This document shows positions 38,290 to 46,598 of a stretch of 64,000 nucleotides of DNA, piece after piece. Position 1 is the stretch's first letter. The number at the start of each line of letters is the position of its first letter. This DNA is from an uncultured Gammaproteobacteria bacterium (GTDB lineage Bacteria > Patescibacteriota > Microgenomatia > Levybacterales > GWA1-39-11). The DNA lies in assembly GCA_964425075.1 (NCBI GenBank), contig CAYRKM010000001.1:266484-330483 (forward strand), written 5' to 3'. The notes under the pieces are model-generated. The model was not told the DNA's origin. It saw only the letters and a program-made list of their open reading frames with translations, and did no database searches. A program made the position numbers and the translations under genes.

Positions 38290-38982
38290 TTAGACAATCA
38301 CATTTTTTATATCTTTTGAATCAAAGTCTATGTTGATGGTGTCATTATTTAATGTTTCGTAATAAAGCTTTATTAATTCTTCATGAGCAAGTGGTCTGGC
38401 GGAAAGGCCCATTCTTTCAATTTGCGTCATTATCATTGCCCTTTTTGTATTTATTCCTTCTTTTGCCTGTTGGGAGAAATAGCTCGTTGAAACATTGGGC
38501 TTTTTCTGATTTTTCGAAGCGTTAATGGCTCCTCCTTCAAGATATGAATAAGGAATTACAACATAGATTTTTTTATCCAACAGGCCTTCATTCTTCACAA
38601 GCTCTTCTATGAATTGACGATACATCCCTAGATGTTCTCTTAATTTTGTGCTTTGCATTGTTGTAAGGCGTTGGTCAAGCGTCTTAAGGTATGACTGCAT
38701 GTCAACGCGTTTTGAGATGATTACAATTTGAATTGAGAAGGAAAGAGAGTTAATCAGAGACATGTATCCATATATTCTTGCGTTTTGCTCTTCGGCCGAA
38801 AGAAGGAAGAAATTAACAGATGAGACTTCTAAGACAGCACAGGCAGTTTTGTTTTTGAAAAAAACTATATCATCCTCAATGTCGAGAATTTCCGTAAAGT
38901 CTTGGGTTGTAGAATGAACTTGTTGTTTTTTTGACATAATATTAGGCTGTAGCTTGTGGTTGAGTGTTTCCAAACAATTCAC
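38290..38982 (-). CDS. Hypothetical protein resembling the N-terminal (non-ATPase) region of VirB4-family proteins
   Basis: IEDDIVFFKNKTACAVLEVSSVNFFLLSAEEQ pattern, like VirB4/TrbE N-termini. Precedes virB4. Confidence 0.35.
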   Translation of the reverse strand: MNCLETLNHKLQPNIMSKKQQVHSTTQDFTEILDIEDDIVFFKNKTACAVLEVSSVNFFLLSAEEQNARIYGYMSLINSLSFSIQIVIISKRVDMQSYLKTLDQRLTTMQSTKLREHLGMYRQFIEELVKNEGLLDKKIYVVIPYSYLEGGAINASKNQKKPNVSTSYFSQQAKEGINTKRAMIMTQIERMGLSARPLAHEELIKLYYETLNNDTINIDFDSKDIKNVIV

Positions 38983-40057
38983 GTCTCAATTTTTCTCGTT
39001 GGTCAGTTGAGAATATTTCGAGTGGCTGGAAAATGCTCCCATCAAGCGTGATGTCAATATTTTCAAACTCATTTTGCTTGCGCTGGTCCTCAAGAACAAC
39101 AGTATAGTCTCCATTTGACAGGGTGGTAGCAGCTCTGAATTGACCTAGGGCGTTAGTTTTAAATGCTCTTACTGGAACGCCTTGCTTATCCATAATTTCA
39201 ACTAAAATATTTGGCAAAACTTTTCCCCTAGGGTCCTTAACTATTCCAAGCACCACATTGGGAGAGTCGGGGAGTTGTGGAAAGCCAGCCTTAAGCTGTG
39301 CTTCTGGTGCAACAGTAGTTGCGTTTTGGGTTTGGTTAGGAGCAGTTGGGGGCGCGGGTTGGGGGATAGGTGGAGGAGTGGGAATAGAAATTGGAGCAGG
39401 TGCGCTCTGTGGTGCTGGGACTACTTCTGGTTGTGCAATTACTGGTGCAGGCTTTGTGATAGTTTCCTCAACCGGTGGGGCTACAGGAGGGCGTACCACC
39501 TGTAAGTTTTCTTGTATGGGTTGCTCGATGGGAGCTGTGGGAGCACTGTCAACCATTTGTCTTGGTGGTGAAGCAGGTTGGGGAGTATCAAAATAAGTAT
39601 TGATGTTGCTTAAGGCAGTTCTCTCCTTCTCGTCAGGAGCATAGCTTCCAGCGCGAAGAGTTTTGTAAAGAAGCGCACGTTTTGACTCTAGGTTCGAGCT
39701 TGACTGAACTGGCTGTGCCACTTGTACGGCTTTTGAGGGAGTAAAGAGTGCTGAAATCAAAAACTCTGCACCCTTTTTTCTATAAATGTATTGATTTTCT
39801 GAAGGAAGGGCTTTTAGAAAATTTTTTATCATTATATCCATTGGTCTTCCCTCAATTGGAATGAAGGCAAGGGAAGCGCCAATTGCCCCGAAAAAAAGAG
39901 CTAAGGGAATTCTAAGTAAACCGTTAAAGGGTAACACATATGTTATAGCTGCAAGAATTCCGCCACCCAATAAATATAAAAATTGCTTTACGGTGACACT
40001 TCCGATAAGTTTGAACTTAAATCCGGTAACATCTTGGGGAATTGGGTGGTTTTCCAT
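38942..40057 (-). CDS. Membrane protein with 2 N-terminal TM helices (VirB3/PrgI-like topology), Pro-rich linker and C-terminal beta domain
   Basis: TM hairpin at residues 25-70. PAPxxP repeats. C-terminal region resembles carboxypeptidase-regulatory/Ig-like folds. Position immediately upstream of VirB4 N-domain ORF. Confidence 0.35.
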   Translation of the reverse strand: MENHPIPQDVTGFKFKLIGSVTVKQFLYLLGGGILAAITYVLPFNGLLRIPLALFFGAIGASLAFIPIEGRPMDIMIKNFLKALPSENQYIYRKKGAEFLISALFTPSKAVQVAQPVQSSSNLESKRALLYKTLRAGSYAPDEKERTALSNINTYFDTPQPASPPRQMVDSAPTAPIEQPIQENLQVVRPPVAPPVEETITKPAPVIAQPEVVPAPQSAPAPISIPTPPPIPQPAPPTAPNQTQNATTVAPEAQLKAGFPQLPDSPNVVLGIVKDPRGKVLPNILVEIMDKQGVPVRAFKTNALGQFRAATTLSNGDYTVVLEDQRKQNEFENIDITLDGSIFQPLEIFSTDQREKLRRELFGNTQPQATA

Positions 40058-40268
40058 AATTCAAACCACGCTACTTAAGCCTTAGCGAAATATATAAATA
40101 TAACGCTATACAAACGTATAGCTGTGGTGCTTTCTAGCGTATAACGTGAAAATTTATGATGCAACAGTTACAAAGTGGGTCAAAGTAGACATTCTTTTGA
40201 GGCTGGTGTGAAAAGCTTCAAAATGAACCTTGTTGACTTGGGTGGAAAAATAGTATTACTATGATTAT

Positions 40269-40601
40269 ATGGAGCCGTTAAAAGACGTGGTATTAAATGA
40301 TGTTGTGGACGCACTTATTTTGGCGTTAGAAAATGGTGTAATAAAAGAAGGAGACATCACTCCTATAGCTGACTATGTTTTGGGAAGAATGGATGATATT
40401 AAGAGTGAAATAGAGATGGATCAATTTCTATCTGAATTATCGACAAAATGGCCAATATTTTCTCATATCACTTCTGGTTTTCAAGCAGAAAATAAGGAGA
40501 AGGCAGACAGTGAGGTTGCCGAGGGTGTTCTAACTCTTGCCCAGCACGGAAAAATTGATGAAGCAATTTCGCTCGCAAAGACAGCAACGCAGACCCAATA
40601 A
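40269..40601 (+). CDS. Small acidic hypothetical protein
   Basis: 110-aa ORF, divergently transcribed from the T4SS-like operon. Confidence 0.35.
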   Translation: MEPLKDVVLNDVVDALILALENGVIKEGDITPIADYVLGRMDDIKSEIEMDQFLSELSTKWPIFSHITSGFQAENKEKADSEVAEGVLTLAQHGKIDEAISLAKTATQTQ

Positions 40602-40604
40602 ATT

Positions 40605-42428
40605 ATGACTGAATTAACTCTTGAAAAAGCACAGATAGAACGTAAGGGAATTCTTGCCCAGGCTGCACTTAAAGAAACTGGCGGAGACGCGGGTGCTGTG
40701 AAAATGCGGGCATTAAAAAGAGAACGGGGACCTGCGGGGGCACTGGACGCATATAGGTCCAATAAGCCAATAGATGAGGTTAGTGGGGCTGAGGCTATTG
40801 AAAAAATGGGATATGAACGCAGGCCTGATGGGACAAAAAATAGAACCGGCGAAGAAAGAGTCAGGTATCAGGAGGCAGCTCAAGCGGCTGGTATTATTGA
40901 GCAGTATTTAAGGGGCGGGATAGAGTCTTTAGGAGATCCCGGAGACAGAGCCGCTATCATGGATGCATTAGATAGGGCGACTCAGCTTTGGCCTGAGACG
41001 TCTGGAATGAATGCTGTGGAGAGAAAGAGATATATAGAAAAAAGAGTGAGAAATAATCAGTTCATGGGGAGGGTAAAAGAGACATACGCGAAGGCTCTGG
41101 AGGCATCTGATAGTTTGGGTGAGGGTGTTGTTGAAGCAGAGAGGGAATTAGTAGCCGCTCAAACAGCAGAAGAAGCTGCGAGAAAAAGATATGATGCCAA
41201 CATCACACAGCAAGGAAAAATAAATGCACAACTTGCATTGTTTGATGTTGACGCATCAGGCACTCCGCGGGCCAAGTTAAAAGAGCTGAACGATTTAATT
41301 ACTGGAAAACCAACAATAGAAAAAAACATATTAGATTGGCGCGGGGAGCTTGATGATTTGGAGTCGGACCTAGAATATTCAAGGAGCGTGCTTAGAGCAG
41401 TATTATCTGGAAGATCAGCTTCTACTACTTCAGGAGCAGACACGGCAGATAAAATACAGCTTGAAATAACAAGTAAAAGGAGAGATATTGCTAAGAAGAA
41501 AGGGGATATCTCAACCGAGGAGGCAAAGTTGGTTAAAATCCAGCAATTAGAGGGAGAAAAGCAAGCCCTTGAGCAGAAAAAGATAGAAGTAGAAGTTGAA
41601 GAGGCCGAGCTTAAATCGGCGCTTGATGCTGCTGTCTATGAACTTACAAGCAAGAGGGCTATATTTGAAGATGCAAAAAATTCCCGCGCAACGCACGAGG
41701 ATCATTTAGTTACCGCACTTAAGAATGTCTGGGTTAATGCTGCATTAGACGATGTTGAGGCAACAATTAGTGAGTGGGAGGGGTTGCGTAGCGATAGGCT
41801 AACTGAATTAAAAGAAAAAATCGGAGATATGGCGGCAAAGAAAATCTTGGACTGCGACAAGAGATGGACTGAGCAAAAACCAGGCTCAACAAAGCCTAAA
41901 GACATAAGAATTAATAAAGCTAAAATTGAGGAAGACTACACAATGTTGTTAAATGAAGGTCCGGAGGCACTAATGAGAAAGATATTAAAATTCTCGGGCG
42001 ATGAGAATGGGATAAGATTATTTACAGACGCGGAGATAGAAAACAAATTGGCCGATCCGGAATTTATTGCGGAGGTGCAAAATGAGCTCATTTCCCAATT
42101 GTTGTTTAGGCGTTTGAATATAGGCAAGAAGCCTACAGAAGCAGAAGTAAGTATTATTGCAACCAGTAAGTGGGGGGAGGGCATGTTCCAAGCAGCAGCA
42201 GCGAAAGACCAGAGAGTAGCTGATGCTATGGCTATAGTTGATAGAAAATATGGTGCAACAACAGGAGAGAAAATAAGAAATCTTGCAAAGGATCCTAAAG
42301 CATATGGCATGCTTGTTGGAATTTTGGCTTTACTACTTGGATCGCCATTCTTACTTGCAGCCGGTGGAGTTGCGGGAAGTGCTTATATGGCACTAGGTGA
42401 AGCGGCAAACGCTCCCTTTATTGGTTAA
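40605..42428 (+). CDS. Large coiled-coil hypothetical protein with C-terminal hydrophobic anchor
   Basis: 607 aa, charged heptad-like stretches, C-terminal GILALLLGSPFLLAAGGVAGSAYMALG. Confidence 0.4.
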   Translation: MTELTLEKAQIERKGILAQAALKETGGDAGAVKMRALKRERGPAGALDAYRSNKPIDEVSGAEAIEKMGYERRPDGTKNRTGEERVRYQEAAQAAGIIEQYLRGGIESLGDPGDRAAIMDALDRATQLWPETSGMNAVERKRYIEKRVRNNQFMGRVKETYAKALEASDSLGEGVVEAERELVAAQTAEEAARKRYDANITQQGKINAQLALFDVDASGTPRAKLKELNDLITGKPTIEKNILDWRGELDDLESDLEYSRSVLRAVLSGRSASTTSGADTADKIQLEITSKRRDIAKKKGDISTEEAKLVKIQQLEGEKQALEQKKIEVEVEEAELKSALDAAVYELTSKRAIFEDAKNSRATHEDHLVTALKNVWVNAALDDVEATISEWEGLRSDRLTELKEKIGDMAAKKILDCDKRWTEQKPGSTKPKDIRINKAKIEEDYTMLLNEGPEALMRKILKFSGDENGIRLFTDAEIENKLADPEFIAEVQNELISQLLFRRLNIGKKPTEAEVSIIATSKWGEGMFQAAAAKDQRVADAMAIVDRKYGATTGEKIRNLAKDPKAYGMLVGILALLLGSPFLLAAGGVAGSAYMALGEAANAPFIG

Positions 42429-42435
42429 CAAAAAG

Positions 42436-42735
42436 CTATAAACTCGGATTGGAAATTTGTTCAACTCCAGTAATTTGTCCAATTACTCTTACAACAAAGA
42501 AAGAGAGGAATATAACGATAAGCCCAATGATAGCGTAGGTTAATGTTTTTTTGGCGCTGTCAATTTCGTTTTGATCCCCTTTTGACGAGATAAATTTAAT
42601 TCCAGAAAAAATAATTAAAATGAGGGCTACAATTCCCGAGAATACGAGTGCTGCGTTAATGATGTTGTTGAGAACTACTGGAATGCAGGCAAGTGTTGCA
42701 ACGCCATTCTTGTCAAGACAGTTACCCCACTGCAT
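42436..42735 (-). CDS. VirB2/TrbC-like pilin paralog 1
   Basis: Signal-like N-terminus with Cys pair, then FISSKGDQNEIDSAKKTLTYAIIGLIVIFLSFF, the conserved (S/T)GGD-x6-A(R/K)...I.G.I..F block shared with the three genes upstream. Confidence 0.5.
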   Translation of the reverse strand: MQWGNCLDKNGVATLACIPVVLNNIINAALVFSGIVALILIIFSGIKFISSKGDQNEIDSAKKTLTYAIIGLIVIFLSFFVVRVIGQITGVEQISNPSL

Positions 42736-42748
42736 ATATTAAATTGAA

Positions 42749-43159
42749 TTAGGCTCCAGGGAATTTGGGAAGAGTTAGGTCAAACAAGTTTAGTCCAAAT
42801 AGACCAAGGATGAGGTTAAGAATAAAGAAGGCAAGGAAGACGATAATAAGCCCAATTATAGCTGCAATGATTTGGTTGCGAGCTGTTTCAACGTTAGCTT
42901 TGTCTCCTCCTGATGTAATCCATTTAATGCCTCCCCAGATAAGGTAGACAAGGGCAACAAGAATCGCAATTATAAAAGCGATAGTGACAATAAATCCAAT
43001 AACAGCACCAAGATCTCGGGTCTTACAAAGGACACTAAGAATTTGAGATGAGTTGTTGCAGGGATTAAGGCTTTCTCCGGGGGTTTGCGCAAAAGATTGA
43101 GCTGCATTCATTAAGAACAAAGGAGTAGAAATAGAAAGAGAGCTTAATAATTTCTTCAT
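42749..43159 (-). CDS. VirB2/TrbC-like pilin paralog 2
   Basis: ITSGGDKANVETARNQIIAAIIGLIIVFLAFF block; N-terminal signal peptide. Confidence 0.5.
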   Translation of the reverse strand: MKKLLSSLSISTPLFLMNAAQSFAQTPGESLNPCNNSSQILSVLCKTRDLGAVIGFIVTIAFIIAILVALVYLIWGGIKWITSGGDKANVETARNQIIAAIIGLIIVFLAFFILNLILGLFGLNLFDLTLPKFPGA

Positions 43160-43210
43160 GTGTTACTAATTGTTATCAATTTTAATAGTGTTTGTCAATA
43201 CCCGTGTGCT

Positions 43211-43555
43211 TTATAAAGAAATGTTTAACAGGTCAATGCCTAAGACTGAGCTAAACAATCCAATTACAAAGAATGAAAGAAAAGCAATGATAAGGCCAAG
43301 AACAGAGAAGATTATGGTTTTTCTAGCACTTTCTACTTTTGTTTTATCCCCTCCTGAAGTAACCCACATAAATCCTCCATACACTATAAAGCCTAAGGCA
43401 ATAAAAACCACTGCTACAAGCAAAAGCATAATAATCCACTCAATAAGTTGTCCTCCGCTGGTTGATAATCCTCCTGTTGGAACACCTTCTGGTGCTTGGA
43501 TTTCTATTGAGCCATTATTTCCGGGAACTGTGAGTTGAGATAATAGTTTTGTCAT
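43211..43555 (-). CDS. VirB2/TrbC-like pilin paralog 3
   Basis: VTSGGDKTKVESARKTIIFSVLGLIIAFLSFF block. Confidence 0.5.
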   Translation of the reverse strand: MTKLLSQLTVPGNNGSIEIQAPEGVPTGGLSTSGGQLIEWIIMLLLVAVVFIALGFIVYGGFMWVTSGGDKTKVESARKTIIFSVLGLIIAFLSFFVIGLFSSVLGIDLLNISL

Positions 43556-45030
43556 TTAGTATTTGTTTGATTGCTCTTTTGTCCGGGTAGCGGATTGTCG
43601 TTAAATCCAGGGATCTTTAGGACGTCTCCTGCTATAACTGATAGTAGCACAAGTGAGAAAATAATAAAAAGCAGTCCAACAATTGCTGAGGTAATTCTTT
43701 CTCTTTGTGCCTGAATTACTTCTTTGTCTCCCCGAGAGAGCAGTAGCCTATATCCTGCATAGAGGATAAGAAGCATTGCCCCAATTGCTGCAAAGCTTAA
43801 TACTATCTGAAAAAGCTTTGTTATAAAGCCGACAGGGTTTAGGGGAATTTTTCCAATCGCAGTGTCAAGCTCATTGCATTTGAGTACACCGGGGTTTGGC
43901 TTACCTTCTTCGCAGGGGATTATGCTTCCTTTTGCCGCTCCTATTTCATCAAGTAAATTCTGTAACTTCTTTGTGTCGCTTCCACCAGGGTCAATTATTT
44001 CTTTACATTCAGGAGTAGCTTTTTTGTCAAAAACGGAACATTCATATTTGAGAAAAGTGTACCCACCACTACAATCGTCTCCAACTGGTTTGTCTTCATT
44101 TACTTGCTCGTTAACTTTTATAACATATCTTCCTGCAATAACGCCTTTCCCATCATCCTCACTATCTTTATATGGAAATTCAACAACGTATTGGTCGGAG
44201 GGCGATGTGAGTCGGAAGTTCTTGTTTTTACTATCGTCTTGGGGCAAGCATCTTTCCTGCATGTATCCGCCTGTTCCCTGCATGACAATTTGAAAGTTAT
44301 TTGCCTTTTGCTTTCCATCTTTAGAAAGACGGTCCTGGTGTAGTTCTACCCTGAATTTTTCAGGAGACTTATTATTGAGTGGGGTGATTTTAACTATGGG
44401 TTCATGATGATTTACAAAAAAGCCTGCTTGACTACGAACAACCCAATTTTCTCCTTGCCTTTCATAAGCAGTTATGTAATAATTTTTCCCTGCCCAAAAC
44501 CAAACCTTGTCTTCAGGGGTGCACTCTTGTTTAAGGTTACTTTCTCCTGCACCACAGACCGTAATAGAGCCGTCAGCATCAAGCTTTGTTAGTTTGCTTC
44601 CAACCACATTATCAGCGGGTAGGTCAATAAACTTTTGAGCTAAGTATCCACCAATTGGGTTGAATCCTCCACCCACTAAAGTTCCAACAGCAAATAGTCC
44701 AACATTTTCAATAATCGAATCTTTTAGGCAATAGTCCCCTCTTAAGCAGACTTGAACCTTGCTTGCATCAACTCCAGGGAAAACAATCTTGACCTTTTTG
44801 ACTGCGTCATCAATACTCTCCAAGCGGTCTGGGTCTTTATAGTCGGGAGGGGAGATAATAGTTGTTGTAAAGCTACTGTCTTCGGAATATTCAGTTGAGA
44901 CATCTCCGAGGTTTTTATCTAGGGGATCGGGTCCAAGTTGTATTTCCTGAGCGAATATAGAGCCAGAATAAACTGAAAGGAATAGTGTGACTATGACAAC
45001 AAAACCAAAAAATCCAAATAATTTTTTCAT
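43552..45030 (-). CDS. Large secreted protein with about 400-aa Cys-rich extracellular domain fused to a C-terminal pilin-like module (candidate pilus tip or adhesin subunit)
   Basis: Signal peptide. Many Cys. C-terminal LSRGDKEVIQAQRERITSAIVGLLFIIFSLV pilin block identical in pattern to the three small paralogs. Confidence 0.45.
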   Translation of the reverse strand: MKKLFGFFGFVVIVTLFLSVYSGSIFAQEIQLGPDPLDKNLGDVSTEYSEDSSFTTTIISPPDYKDPDRLESIDDAVKKVKIVFPGVDASKVQVCLRGDYCLKDSIIENVGLFAVGTLVGGGFNPIGGYLAQKFIDLPADNVVGSKLTKLDADGSITVCGAGESNLKQECTPEDKVWFWAGKNYYITAYERQGENWVVRSQAGFFVNHHEPIVKITPLNNKSPEKFRVELHQDRLSKDGKQKANNFQIVMQGTGGYMQERCLPQDDSKNKNFRLTSPSDQYVVEFPYKDSEDDGKGVIAGRYVIKVNEQVNEDKPVGDDCSGGYTFLKYECSVFDKKATPECKEIIDPGGSDTKKLQNLLDEIGAAKGSIIPCEEGKPNPGVLKCNELDTAIGKIPLNPVGFITKLFQIVLSFAAIGAMLLILYAGYRLLLSRGDKEVIQAQRERITSAIVGLLFIIFSLVLLSVIAGDVLKIPGFNDNPLPGQKSNQTNTK

Positions 45031-45106
45031 ACTATCTTAATCATAACTTAAATTGAGGAAATTGTTAAATTGTCACTTTTTTAGTAATTAGAACTTAGTC
45101 ACTAAG

Positions 45107-45173
45107 CTTACTTTTCGTCAGGAAAGCAAGGGGAGATATTAATCACTCAACTTACTTTTCGTCAGGAAAGCAA
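45107..45173. repeat. Two 23-bp perfect direct repeats CTTACTTTTCGTCAGGAAAGCAA (45107-45129, 45151-45173; about 32 bp with flanking similarity) in the promoter region of the pilin operon
   Basis: Seen directly. 44-bp spacing. Lies between the pilin-fusion gene start (45030) and the winged-helix regulator gene. Confidence 0.7.
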
Positions 45174-45182
45174 AATGAGCGA

Positions 45183-46571
45183 TTAGTCGCTTAATTTATA
45201 TCCTTTTCCTTTTATCGTGTGAATAAAGTGAGGATTGGTAGGGTCTTGTTCTATTTTCTTTCTTAGTCTATAAAAAATCTGATCAAGAGCTTGATCTGTG
45301 ACTCCTTCTTGGGTTTTGTTATCACTCCAAATAGCATTAATTATCTCGTCTTTTGAACAAAGTTTTTCTTTATTTGCAATTAAAAACTTAAGCAGTTTGA
45401 ATTCTGAGGGTGAAAGCTTGTCCGATATTGAGGCATCTCCAACTCGTATATCATTTTTCTCACTGTCATAAGTAAGTTTATCTTTACTTGAAACCGATGT
45501 TGTCTTGATAAATTCTGAAAGTAGGGGAATGGATGGGGCATTATTTTTTATAAGTTCACTATTTGTTAAAAAGGAAGAAGCATTTGTTATCGGTGAATTT
45601 TTTAGTTCAATTTGCTCTGAAGGGAGAAGGGCATTCCAAATTTCAGATAATGCCCCCTGAATGGTTGGTCTTTTCAATAAAAAGTCACGAAGGCTTGAGG
45701 GTGTTTCGTCTTCGCTAATAAGCGCCTCATAAGAGAGCTTGGTGAGTTTTGCATGTCCTCCGGTAAGATTAAGAATTTCCTTTTTTGTATTTTCAGGAAT
45801 TGTTTTATGAGCCGCCTTTTCAATATATGAAAGCCTAAAGTCCATCCCAATAGGGTCAAAAAGAGAGACAAATACGTTGTTCCCCGCGACTATATCATGA
45901 AAGTCGGAAAGCAATTCTGGCTCACATACATCCTCAAGTGGTCGAGTAAGCGCAAATACGCTCCCAAATCTATATTTGGCATGATTTCGAAGGACTCTGA
46001 GGTTAGTAAAAAATTGAGAGTCAATAGTTGGAAGTAAAGAGTCGAATCTATCAAATAGCAAATGGACTGTAAGTTTCTTTTCTATTGATAGGTAATCAAG
46101 GGCTTGTTTTAATGATTGAAATAAAACTAACTCATCCTGCATGCTCACCCCATTTTTCAGAAATTCGTTTACTTTTTTTGATTCATCAATCAGGCGTCTT
46201 TCTCCAAGAGAGAAGGCAAGAGACAGTAGGATAAATTTAGTTATGTCAAAAAGTGGGCGATTTTTAACCTCGGTTGAGTCAATATATACAAAATGCATTA
46301 TTTTTTCGTATTCTCCAAAATGTTTTGCTCTCACATTTAGGTTGTAGGCTAGTAGACGCAGGATATTGCTTTTTCCAACCCCTGGAAGTCCAACGACCTG
46401 AGAAGAAAGACCCTTTCCTATAAAAGGAGCAAGAGCACTAAGCTCCTTTTCGCGCGTTCCTTCAGGATACAAGCTTTCAAAATATTTAAGGGGTTCAAAT
46501 TGCATGGTATCTCCAATATACCACAGTAAAAGGGAGCTGTGAGGTGGTTGTAAGCTAAATATCAAGTTCAA
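45183..46571 (-). CDS. Putative transcriptional regulator: N-terminal P-loop NTPase domain plus C-terminal OmpR/PhoB-type winged-helix DNA-binding domain
   Basis: Walker A GLPGVGKSNILRLL. C-terminal ...KLLKFLIANKEKLCSKDEIINAIWSDNK...ALDQIFYRLRKKIE...IHTIKGKGYKL typical trans_reg_C. Confidence 0.6.
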   Translation of the reverse strand: MNLIFSLQPPHSSLLLWYIGDTMQFEPLKYFESLYPEGTREKELSALAPFIGKGLSSQVVGLPGVGKSNILRLLAYNLNVRAKHFGEYEKIMHFVYIDSTEVKNRPLFDITKFILLSLAFSLGERRLIDESKKVNEFLKNGVSMQDELVLFQSLKQALDYLSIEKKLTVHLLFDRFDSLLPTIDSQFFTNLRVLRNHAKYRFGSVFALTRPLEDVCEPELLSDFHDIVAGNNVFVSLFDPIGMDFRLSYIEKAAHKTIPENTKKEILNLTGGHAKLTKLSYEALISEDETPSSLRDFLLKRPTIQGALSEIWNALLPSEQIELKNSPITNASSFLTNSELIKNNAPSIPLLSEFIKTTSVSSKDKLTYDSEKNDIRVGDASISDKLSPSEFKLLKFLIANKEKLCSKDEIINAIWSDNKTQEGVTDQALDQIFYRLRKKIEQDPTNPHFIHTIKGKGYKLSD

Positions 46572-46598
46572 ATAAAGGCATCAAATTACAATAACGGC

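Noticed and set aside
39258-39596. Gly-rich plus-strand ORFs 39258..39596 and 39275..39505
   Set aside because: Mirror image of the Pro-rich (CCN codon) segment of the minus-strand gene 38942..40057; antisense artefact.
43170-43538. Plus-strand 122-aa ORF overlapping pilin paralog 3
   Set aside because: Antisense to the conserved pilin-module gene 43211..43555; hydrophobicity arises from complementing the pilin helix codons.
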